Below are positions 25,523 to 36,603 of a stretch of 64,000 nucleotides of DNA, piece by piece. The first letter of the stretch is position 1. The number at the start of each line of letters is the position of its first letter. Under the pieces are notes generated by a model. That model saw only the letters and a program-made list of their open reading frames with translations. It did no database searches and had not been told where the DNA came from. The translations under genes were made by a program, and so were the position numbers. Source of the DNA: Lytechinus pictus (taxonomy: Eukaryota); the NCBI RefSeq assembly GCF_037042905.1, contig NW_026974158.1:372001-436000 (forward strand), written 5' to 3'.

Positions 25523-26080
25523 TGTAACAGGTCAAAAAATATAAGTACAAGAGAGAGAGAGAGAGAGATTTTTTATGTGTATGCAAAAATGATCTGTTGA
25601 GGAGGTAAATGAAAGCATTGAAGCATTATTTGTATTATCCCTGAAAGCATTGTATTTAAGTCATCCCTTTCAATCAATAAAAACTTTGAGGATATCCCTT
25701 CAGGGAAGTTCTCCTTGACCTTGGGTCAGTGAGGGTGATCTCACGATAGTTTTCTCGATAGCTATCTTGACACATGACCAAATGAGAGGGAAATAGACTG
25801 ACCACCTCTTGCTATGGGGAGGTCAAGATTATTTAGTTCTATTTAGATGATCTATTTGAATGTGGTTTGATTGGTCTTCAGACTGTCAAAAGCTGTGTAT
25901 TGGTGGCCGAACCATTAATTCGTCGACGATGCTATGTATGTGTCTAGCGCATGTGACTGCCAATCTGCATGTAGTTTTGTCCACCTTGAGAACTTAAGAG
26001 GGGGTTGATCTAGTTTCAAATTAAATGCCACATAAACTTGTATACGACTGTGTCATGCGTCATTTGTACCTACTGTTACA
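25523..26080 (+). mobile_element. LTR of an LTR retrotransposon (558 bp) followed by a primer-binding site
   Basis: Termini TGTAACAG...CTGTTACA, ATTAAA poly(A)-like signal at ~26020, and a TGG-initiated PBS 3 nt downstream. Confidence 0.75.
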
Positions 26081-26083
26081 AAA

Positions 26084-26101
26084 TGGCGTTGTGAGTAGGA
26101 T
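26084..26101 (+). other. Primer-binding site complementary to a tRNA-Ser 3' end
   Basis: TGGCGTTGTGAGTAGGAT, 18 nt, complementary (one mismatch) to the tRNA-like 3' end at 26367-26384. Confidence 0.75.
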
Positions 26102-26344
26102 AGTGGTTTTGAGAGTAGATGCCCGTTTTTGTATTAGGAACCCCCTCTTGAAGACGTAACTGATGCCTGAGGATGTACCTGTTGTCTGATGGAACTTGGT
26201 TGATGCAGGAGATCGACGTAGAGCGGAATGTTAGACTTATGCATACGCTGGATGTCAGATGCGCAAACTGGACCGCTGCACATCTTCCTAAGGGTAATAC
26301 AGTTATTGAGATATAAACTTCCAAAGAACTTACTTGGTGGTACG

Positions 26345-26384
26345 ACTCTTTCCCGCGTAGGTTCGAATCCTACTCGCAACGCCA
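26345..26384 (+). pseudogene. 3' half of a tRNA-Ser-like sequence with encoded CCA, fused to antisense LTR end
   Basis: TCCCGC-GTAGG-TTCGAAT-CCTAC-TCGCAAC-G-CCA: end of long variable arm, perfect T-arm, acceptor 3' strand, G discriminator, CCA; no 5' half present. Confidence 0.7.
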
Positions 26385-27647
26385 TTTTGTAACAGCAGGT
26401 ACAAATGACGCATTATACAGTCATATGCAAGTTTATGTGGCATTTAATGTGAGGGTAGATCAACACCTGGAAAAACCAAGCAAAAAGATTAGTACATGTT
26501 TATCATTTTTACATCATCAGCACAAACATTAATTAGCCATTTTATTCTTAAACAATTCGAACCTTAGATTATAAAATTGTCAGCAAGTTTAATGTTATGA
26601 CTATTCATCAAATAAACTTGTTTAATACATTAAATCGTCACATAGTTTTAACATGTTCATATGGAATATAGCATTATGATAATTAGTCAATAACATTTTC
26701 ATGACCTGCAATTTTGGGTCATCTTATATTTCTAATAATCATTCAACATAATTAGGACATTGCCCAACAATTGCCCAACAACATGACGAAGACATATGTA
26801 CACTCTCTGATGTTATAGATAATATCGAAAATATACATGATCAATTATCACAAAATATAAATTCGATATTTTTTTTTTAAATTGTCTTTGATCATTGTCA
26901 CGAGCGAAACTGCTCTAATTAACTTATTAATATACAGGCTACTTAACCATCCTAGATAAAAGACCAAAGGAGAATCAAGATATAAATGAAATGATCAATT
27001 TAATGTACACAACTTAATAAATCATTATCATCGATTCGTTGTGAACATAGGTATATTGGCAAATGGATATTCAATAAATATTTGCATATAGAAATCATAA
27101 AATGGAGTATATGTGCATAAGAGAAGGAGTATAAACATCATCGATTGTCCAAGTTTATGGGAGTAGATCGATCTGAAAATAGGCCTTTAAAATTAAGTTA
27201 CCGAAAGTCTTGGAAAGTTTATAAAGTGCTTGCTCAAACCTCAATCGGGTAAATGTGGAGTTCGAAGACGGAAGAGATCGGCGATCCACGACGACTACGA
27301 AGATGGACGATTATGACGAAGAACAAGTATGCCGATGATCGACGACGAAGAAGACGAGGAACGATTATGGAACGATGAAGACTCGATTGACGTCATCAGC
27401 GAAGACACGATGTTTTTCCTTTGCTAAATCAAACCATTGGTCAGAGAAAAAGTAAACGGAGTATATACAATAATATTAGATGTTTTGAGGAAAAGAAAGA
27501 AAGGGGTACATCAATAAAACCGATCAGACCGACCTGTTAGTTGCTGCATCATTGACGTCACTATCAAGGGGATTTTAAAATGACTTTAGAGAGTAGAAAT
27601 GAAAATGATAACGACGATAACGGGTTAAATATGACATTTCTTTATAC

Positions 27648-28404
27648 CCCTTACAAACAATTCCTGCAGTACTTTAGTGGTACTCTGTTGTACCTGTGTG
27701 ATACTTCTGTCGTACATGACGGTACCACAGAATTACGACAGGAGTTCTGTGGTATCACTCTGTGATAGTTCTGTCATACTTATGTGGTACATGAAAATTT
27801 GAACATTTCCTACAGTACCTTTATGGTACTCTGTTGTACTCGTGTGATACTTCTGTTGTACATGACGGTATCGCAGAATGACGACAGGCGTTCTGTGGTA
27901 TCACTCTGTGATAGTTATGTCGTACTTCTGTTGTACATGAAAATTCTAAAATATCCTGCAGTACTTTTATGGCAACCCTGCGATACTTCTGTGGTATATG
28001 ATATTTTTTTTAATTTCCTGCAGTACTCCTATTAAAGGCACTTCTATGGAAACCCTGTGATACTTCTGTGGTACATGAATATTTTGAAATTTCCTGCAGT
28101 ACTCGATCCTAATAAAGGCACTTCTATGGAAACCCTGTGATACTTCTGTGGTACATGAACATTTAGAAATTTCCTGCATGACTCATTATAGGCACTTCTA
28201 AAATTCTATGGCAACCCCAGTGCTGTACTTTCAAAATTTCCTACGGTACTTCTCATGCAGCCACCCCAGAAATATGACTGAAACTGTATCACAGACGTTT
28301 ATGGTGTATTTTCTGTGGTACATGAAAAATGTAGTTTCCTTCAGTACTTGCACGGAAGCCCTGTTTGTACCACAGACTAAAAAAAGTGTTATTTCATGTG
28401 AGGG
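27648..28404. mobile_element. Non-autonomous element (EnSpm/CACTA-like) composed of short GTAC-rich motif repeats
   Basis: Termini CCCTTACA / TGTGAGGG; many copies of GATACTTCTGTGGTACATGA and TTCCTGCAGTAC. Confidence 0.55.
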
Positions 28405-29098
28405 ATTTACCTTTTTTCTTCAGTTTTGGGAGAGGTCAGTAGCGTATTGGGTCTTATATTTTTAGGAGGCCATATGGCTTAAAAGGGCACCATTCATTTT
28501 AAAAAGTACAATTTTTTTATGAAAATTTAATTTTGTGATAGCTAGATTTTGACATAGGCCCTATTTGAAAATTATATTTCACCTCGTTTTTTTCCTTTTC
28601 TCTATTTTCTCCTTTCTTTGTTGTGAGACTTTTTTTGGGGTCCGTGGCCCCCAACGCTAAGTCCCATTGTGTAGGTCTATATCAGCGAGGGGGGGGGGGT
28701 GGTTATGCCTACTGAGACTCAGAGGTTTTAAGTTTGATAGCTTCTATTTCTACGAGAAAGGGTAATATACGTACTAGATCAAAACTAGGAGCAAAGCGCG
28801 AACTGAAAAATACGAAAAATTATTGACCCCCAAATGGGCAACTTATATTTTGAGGACTCTTGTTCGTTTTCAGGTTTATTTCTCTTTCATGCGCTCTTTT
28901 AAATTTCAATTATCATTTGTTTTGTTTGTTCGCCACTTATTTTTCATAAAAACAGGATAAAGAAAAAAAAAGTGACTACATGTAAAAGGGTACGTGTTAA
29001 AATATACAGGACAAACCTAACACCCTTAGAGCTTAATTGGTTGCGATGAACGTATTCTTCTACTTCATCCATCTCTTTCTAACGATACAAGAAAATAA

Positions 29099-29695
29099 TT
29101 GAAGGGAAGATCAAGGCTAGAGATATTCATATATCTCAATAAATAGAGTAAAATTCACAGAGCAAAATTTTTAAAATTTGATCAAAATCGGATGACAAAT
29201 AACGAAGTTAAGTTAAATTTTAAGGATTTGCAATATTCCCGTGAAACAGTTCTATTTAGGCATGTCTCATGAATATTCATTAGGTGGGCTGATGATGTCA
29301 TATCCCATGTTCTTTTGTACATTATATGAAATTAGGTTTATTCAACATATTTCTACCAAGAACTTAAACAATTGGAATGACAACTGATTAACCGCATTAG
29401 TTATTAAATGCAGCAACTTCATCACAATGGAGACACATTTATACACATGTATTGAAAAAAAATGAAACAATCATAATTTCATATTTAACAAAAAAAAAGG
29501 AAAATGGGGATGTCGACACATCATCAGCCCACCAAATGAATATTCATGACGATGTGCACATATCTGTTTTCACAAAATATTAATAAACTTCGTTATTTTG
29601 TCATCCGATTTTGATGAAGTTGTTAGCATTTTGCTTTGTGAATTTCACTCTATTTATTTAGAATTAATATTTCAGCGCCCGGACCATCCCTTTAA
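29099..29695. mobile_element. Palindromic TTAA-ended MITE; related fragments at ~7452-7826 and ~59915-60340
   Basis: Inverted arms AATAGAGTAAAATTCAC...ATCAAAATCGGATGACAAA / TTTGTCATCCGATTTTGAT...GTGAATTTCACTCTATT; ends CCATCCCTTTAA. Confidence 0.65.
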
Positions 29696-30818
29696 GGTTC
29701 ATCACTTAACAATTAACATAAGAAAATTCAGCGTTGAATGTTGATTAAAAAATAAATCTCAGTTAAAATGCCATCTAGGATTTTGTTTTACATGTTTGAT
29801 AACCAAGTTTTAATGTGATACTGGCCCCTTGAAGTTTTTGTTGCGAGAAAATACATTTGTCCAATTTCCCATCTATTTTTTTTATTTACTTTTTTTAGTA
29901 AAAAGGGCCTATTTTCTTACAAATATATTTTTATTAATGAAATTGCTTCAATTTTTGTTCTCCTATTCATACTATTTTTTTGCTATTTTACAGGTGAAAT
30001 AGGCTAAACTAAAAATAGGATATTTAATTTCCATTTTTAGGCCTACTATATTTTTGCTTTATATCCCCGGTTTATATCTTTGCAACCTTGCAATATGTTA
30101 GCCCGGCTGGTTTATATCTATTTCTTTTTAAATAAAAAAAAATTGGATATTTTCAATCTATTTTTATGATGCGAGGCTATATAGTTTGCAAAAATGTTTT
30201 TTAATTGCATGAACAATCTTGTATCTCTGTTCACAGTATCATGATGCCAGTTTATTTTGCTTCTTTTTTTATAATTTGTATGAAGTTTGTATCTATATAT
30301 TTTCAAACTATTTTCCATCCTTAAAGGTAAGTTCCAGCTTTGGTAGCCTGTAAATTTGACTAAAATACGGATTTTGTTCATACTTACACCATTTGATGGG
30401 ATTGATAAATAAATAGGAACTGCCAAAGGAATTTCGAAGAAATCGTGTATTTAGTGAGAAATAAGCAAAAAACTGACCGTTAATCAGGGCGTCGGGTCTT
30501 TTTTCAAATCCGACTCAAATATCTGTTTACTCCCTCTATGGCGTGAAGTTGTACATGTCAATATCTTGGCGATTCTGCAATCGAGTTTGTCGCACCAAAT
30601 AAAGCCACGCTAGCTCGCGGGCCGGCGCGCGGTCGCGTCGAGCCGGCCGGCCGTTCGTGCACACACTAGTTCCCCATGTTTTTTCAAGTGCGTTGCGGTC
30701 TACGGTAATCGGTATTTCGAGATTTTTTTCGTCCAGTTCGTTTAATATCGATAAATTTGGTTAGAGCTAATTTTTTTTTTTTTTGTTCATGTGAACATAT
30801 GTACGTGGGGCCGTTGCC

Positions 30819-33311
30819 ATGGGTGGAACGAAGAAGAGAAAGGAGAGATACGAGGCAAAAAGGAGTCGCATGACATTGTCAACAGCAATGTTTGACAAGT
30901 TCCGGATAGCAATGCTCTCATCCGGAGAAAGCAAGAATGTTAGTTTTCTGGAGTTGCTCATTAACACGTAAGTAGATATACCGTAATTTCGTGATACTGA
31001 TTGATGTGTCTGTTGTTGAAAGAAAGTAGGATGGGGGGTCGGGTGTCCGGACACTTGATCTTTGAAGAAGCCTTCTCTTTTTGTCTTTGGATTACACTAA
31101 AAAGTACTAAAATATGAATTCAATACTTGTTGCTTTGTAATCATTTCTAAGTTTTATTTTGTTCTTTATAATATTTCCTAACATTTTTTACTAAAAATTG
31201 TTGAAACCTCGCTTGTATTAATTTTTCCAAATGACTTTCTAAAATTGATCGTCCGGACACACAACAACTGGGTACTATACTGTATACATGTCTGACATAC
31301 CGGTACCGTACCATACGTGGGAAAGATTTCCACGTGGACCAACAAATTACATGCATTTTTTTCTGACTTTTGTCCTCAAGTCAAGACAGTCTGAATCAAT
31401 GACAACATGACCACCCGACTTGATTTTCCATTTCAGCGTTTGCACTCCTCAGATAGATCTTGGGACTTGGCCTGGGCTCAAGCCGGGTTGATAAGTTAGC
31501 ATTGACTGATTGAATCTATCCATTCTCTGTTTTGGCCTATCGTTAGCGCCTAGGACCTTCTTGAAATATGCCAAATTTTCCATCCATTCCCCAATTAACG
31601 TTACATGTGTGTTTAGTGACAGTGTTATGGTGGGGTGTAAAAGCTTTTTTTTTTGTCCTTGCCTAACGTGAGGTGCACACATCCCCTTGTCCTAATTAGT
31701 CCTACTCCTAATCATGCTAGTGTAATGACATAACACTCAGTCAAAGAGTTTATGCTGCGGAGCAAGACAAAGTCTTAGCGGAGCATATTTCCGGTTCCGA
31801 CAGAAATAGATACATACTTTTACAATGTCAAATAGCATACCTTGGCCTATACCTATTTATCTGTAAGTTTTTAGACGAGATCCAACATTTAACAAGTTAT
31901 CTAAATCTAACAAAAGGTACCAAAGAATATTTTTTTTTTTATCACAGAATCACAGAGTGTTTAATGTGTCCTTATGAAGTATACATGTACATGTTACTTA
32001 TACATCATTTATTAACATTTGTCTCTTTGCATCACACTTCAGACACGAAGAACACTCCAAGAATTGCACCGGTATCAGTGCAGGAACCAGTGTGGGAAAT
32101 GTCGATGACAGGTAAGATTCAAATATTTTACCTGCATTTTTATTCAAATTGTGCCGTGCCTTGTGATTTGGTTTACTACAGAAGATTTTTGTATCACGAA
32201 CATACTTTTTTTAATTTTTTATTTATTTGTATGTTCTCATTTACTTCGTCACTGTACATTGAACAAAAATTAAAAAATAAACAACATGATATACATTAGA
32301 ATTCAACATAAAAAAATGACAACATAAAATATACCTAGCTAAGCAGGCACATATAAGTTGATAAATGTTTTATTAGATTTTGTGGTAAGAACATTTCTAC
32401 ATGTACGTTAAAGGCATGTATCTCTTCAATTCTTTGCTGACTTTTTTTTTAGGTTGCAAATTATTTCAAAAACAAAGTGGAATGATTTTACATGTATATG
32501 TGTGTGTGTATTGAATTCTTATACATTTTTTGAAGAATATTTTCTTTATTGAGGGTGTTTGTATATTCTCTCATCTAACCTTAGATCCCAAGAGCAGTCC
32601 CATGAGTGTGCCAGTGAAAGTTTTGGGGAATCAAGTATGTGTACAAGGAAGGAAACTATAGAGAACAGGTGAGATGTCTCTTTAAAGTACATGTAGGTTT
32701 AATAAACGTATTTGGATATTGATGATTTATTATTATTATTTTTTTATTATTACATTTGGGAAACTTTTTTCTTCAGGGGAAGGGAGAATCAGACTCTGTG
32801 AACTCTACAGTAAAATTACCTGTCAGTAACCCAACATGCGGATGTACATGTACTAATATAGTCAGAATTATTTTCAATACATCAAATTTTAATAAAGGAA
32901 GCAATAAGAGTGATGCAGAGAATGTACATTCACATACTTTGCACAATATAAGAAGGTGGGAACATCGTGATTTTCACAAATAATTTCCATGCTGGTTGCA
33001 AAAAATCAGTTTTTTCCAAGTACTTTTAGTCAGATGGTCATGCAGTCCCTCATACTGTACCTGTACATGTGTATTTTCTGCATATTCTAATTTTTGCACG
33101 TATGTGATCTGTCAAAGTAATTTATAAAGAGGAAATTGTGTCTTCATAATTTCATATTATGAGACTGGTAATTGTGGGGATACTTTCTTATTGATTTTGT
33201 TTTTAAAAATCCCTCTTTATCTTCAAACCTTCATTCTATTATCAGGAGTACCGCATTTGCTTCGACACCTTTTAAGGGAAGTGGAGCCTCAGGCAAATTT
33301 GCCGATGATAA
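30819..33311 (+). CDS. 5' exons of a putative Kolobok transposase gene (30819-30967, 32043-32111, 32585-32668, 33246-33311); catalytic core absent
   Basis: GCCATGG start, all phase-2 junctions with canonical GT/AG; spliced frame open: MGGTKKRKERYEAKRSRMTLSTAMFDKFRIAMLSSGESKNVSFLELLINT...STAFASTPFKG; transposase identity inferred from position. Confidence 0.65.
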
Positions 33312-33565
33312 GTAAGTTTATTTAAATTGAGGCAGTAATGATCAATGATATGTTAAATTATGTACAGTTATACTGCAGTTTCTTTCAAGACGATAATAAG
33401 CATACCAGGCCTGTTTTACGAAGAGTTAAGAGTGGTCCAATCAACCACAACTATGGAAAGCCAACAGCGCCAAGTCGCCAACATATGAAATGAATATTGA
33501 AAATGTTTTCTAGATACGATGTACATGTGTGTGTGTGATTTACACTACTTATACTACTGACTTAC

Positions 33566-34795
33566 CGCATGTTCTCTGACGCATTCCTCGGGGGATTTGC
33601 CACAGCAAAGCTTTTCAGCATCTGTTGGCATGTCGCGGCAGTTTCCACATCGGCACCAATGAAGTCCAGGTTCGCCACATGGACTCGGAGGTGAACCACT
33701 TGGTGCAGAGCCATCACCTCCGGACGCGTACATAACGTCGAAGACCATCCCTGGCCTTCGCTCTATTGCTTTGAAGAGTAGGTTCTCTATCTCCTGCCTG
33801 GTCATTTTCGAAATGTCATCCTGTAAGTGAGAAGACATGTGAAGGCTAATTGATACGAACAACACTTGAATAGCTTCTCCAAACTAACAGTGACACCAGG
33901 CTGAGTGACACAATGTTTAGGGTTTTTCGGGGTGAATTCTTGGGTTCATTGAAATATATCTCACAACTGTATTTCTTTCAATTCATTCAGTTATAAACTT
34001 CTTTATTTCAACTTTTTTAATGCCTGATTGCCTTGCTCCAAGTCTTATACACATACTGCATCCAAAATCATTCCCCCCTCCAGAAAAGGTGGCCTAGCTT
34101 GCCTAATGTAGGCCTCTAGGCCTATTTATTGGGAAAAAAGATGAAATCAAGTTCCTGTTACAGGACTATGTAGTGTTTCATTGGGCGAACTTGGAAAGAA
34201 AGGAAGCAAAGATTCATCCAGGTTTATGTAAAAAAAAAATTGTTATTTATACCTGAATTTTCTGTTTCCGTTTTTCCCGTAAGTTGTTGATTCGGTCTGC
34301 ATCCGATTCGATACTCCGTAGATTTTGTGGGCCTATATTCCTTCCACCTGCACTTTTTGTTTTCCTGGTTCCCTTACGTCGAACGGATGTTGTTATTGTG
34401 GTGGTTGGTGTGGTGGTCGCTGTTGAAGGTGCTGAAGGACCCGCCTGGTCCTCATCAGTCTCACTGTGTCTGCTTTGAATGCGTTGGCCTCTTCGGCGTC
34501 CACGACGGCCGGTACTACTACTAGCCAAAGTGCTCTCTTGAAGTACAGCCTGGTGACTAGAACTGGCCTCAGTTCCCCTAGCCTTTCCTCTACCTCTGCC
34601 CCTGCCCCTTCCCTTTCCTCTTCCTCTGCCTCGCCCCCTTCTTGTCCTTGAAGATTTCCCGATATTTCCTTCTGGTTCGAGTTCAGATATTGTGGTGACT
34701 GGCTCTGATGGATCCAGTTCATCCCCATGTCCCTCTAGTCTGGCCTTCTTAGGTGTTGTAGCATCCAGTTCAGAGTCAGAGCCTTCAGATGAACC
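33566..34795 (-). CDS. KolX / P2X7 cytoplasmic-ballast-like Cys-cluster protein, exons 34795-34253 and 33820-33566; 3' exons absent
   Basis: Phase-0 exons with canonical splice sites; motif WCRCGNCRDMPTDAEKLCC typical of 'P2X7-like' Zn-coordinating domains, preceded by an RG-repeat-rich low-complexity exon. Confidence 0.8.
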
Positions 34796-36423
34796 CTGCA
34801 TTAGAAAAACAAATTCATGTCGAGAAAAAAAAATAATGTAATTGGCCATTCTTTCAGGGGGAGGGGCTCATGACACTGACTATATATAGGCCTACATACG
34901 ATCAGACTGGTTTTCCTTGTATTTATTCTTTTTTTATTTAACCATATCAACACAGAATGATATAGGCCTACATGTACGGTCAAATTAGATAAAATGTATG
35001 CAAATATCATCCATGCTTGCTTTCCCATTGTTTTTTTTTATGTCTGATTTCATACTCTCCTATATTTGTGCAGATTTGGAGGGGGTGGTGCTTATTAATA
35101 GTTGCTATATACCCCCACCCCCCTCCCCATCCCTCAATATGATAGCTTGCTAAAATACTCTCATGCTGGTTACTGTTCGCATATGAACATATCCGGAATA
35201 GTGCTATGGTTTTCCAATGAAAGTAATGATAATGATGTCGATGGCAGTCCATGAGAAAGGCCTATACTAATGGATAGATGAATCATTAACGAACAATGCG
35301 TATGTTATTTTCATTTTCCCCTTTATTATCATTATTATTGCTATCATTATTCCTTACTACTATATGTTGTTGACTTGTTGGTGCTGTTGTGTGACGGAGT
35401 TAATGATTTGATGGCGACAAACTGGGTCTAAATGGGGTAGATAGTGCAAATAACAAAGTGATCTAAGAGGGCTCACTGCTGCATGAAGAGGGGGTAATTG
35501 CAAAAACTCTTTTATACGTATGTATTACCAGCTGGAGCGGTCTTTCACAAAATTTGAAGTTTTCGCTATCACATGCACAACGCCATTTGTCAAATATTTG
35601 TCGAATATTTGTGAATTAAAACTGCATTATCGTCTATGGCACTGGACAAACAGGTGGACAAACGATATTGTTTTCGTCCAGTGCAAATCTTCGGATGATC
35701 TGCTGAGGCCCGGTCCACCATGCACAACGAGCTTGAGCTTGGTGACATGCATATTCATCGCCTCGTCGGCTCTTCATCGAAAAATAATTTCATCAAAATT
35801 TTCAAAGATCGCATATGCCAAAGGCTGCCGTGAGGGGGGAGATTGATATTTCTAAGGACTGAATAAATAATTGTGGAAGGGAGACCAATCTGACGCCAAA
35901 ATGGGTCCACCCCGGGCAAGGGTGAATATTTCTCTCCAAAGGGGACCAGGGGCTTGAACATTTGACAAGCAAGAAAAGGAAAAAAAAAGGTTATCATCTC
36001 AAATGTAAGGTCATTTCGACCGAAATAAATTTGACAAGCAAAAAAAGAAAGTTATCACCCCAAATGTAAGGCCATTTCATCCATAAATGCATGTTTTATT
36101 TAGATTCTGAATGATGTATTTGTTTCCACCATAAAATACCAACAATAGTAGGGGGACAATCGATATTGGTCCCCCTACTAGTTTGGGTGGGACGCGTCCT
36201 CCCTGTGATTTCCGCCCATGCATGCCCCTGGGGTCCACATATCCATTTGCGACAAAAATCTCACAGCCTTCCATTTTGAAAGGAATAAAACAAAGTTCGG
36301 TGCTTTGTAGTAATTACTTATAGCAATCACTAAAAAGTACTTAACTTTTGCAAATCTTCAGGGCACTGGACATTTTTTGAAAGTTTGGGGTGAAGTTGAG
36401 CCGAAATGGGTTGCTGCACACAC

Positions 36424-36603
36424 CCAGGTGGGTGTTTCATGAAAATTGTCAGCACTGACTAAATTGTCAGTACTGACAATTTCAATGAAATCCTTAGTTT
36501 TGATCGGACTGAAAGGCACGTCTGGCCTCTGTTACTTTATATGGTTACTGTCACAGAAAGACAACTTGTCAGTGCTGTCAACTTTCATGAAAAGGTCCCC
36601 TGG
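36424..36603. mobile_element. Short MITE
   Basis: CCAGGTGGGTGTTTCATGAAAATTGTCAGCACTGAC / GTCAGTGCTGTCAACTTTCATGAAAAGGTCCCCTGG inverted termini. Confidence 0.7.

Larger units (their letters stand above)
30321..35547. mobile_element. Internally deleted Kolobok-type DNA transposon carrying two convergent truncated genes
   Basis: Left end TTAA-AGGTAAGTTCCAGCTTTGGTAG; probable right end TACCAGCTGGAGCGGTCT-TTCA (TTAA mutated); convergent spliced genes inside. Confidence 0.7.

Noticed and set aside
26004-26464. Simple MITE or functional tRNA gene
   Set aside because: The left arm continues into a full LTR and only the right arm extends into a tRNA T-arm; no D-arm or anticodon arm is present
27260-27412. 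Acidic-looking coding segment (GAC/GAA-rich)
   Set aside because: No sustained frame or flanking splice sites could be supported
33566-33820. Genuine P2RX7 receptor gene
   Set aside because: No transmembrane or ATP-binding ectodomain exons are visible; only the Cys-cluster domain, inside a transposon
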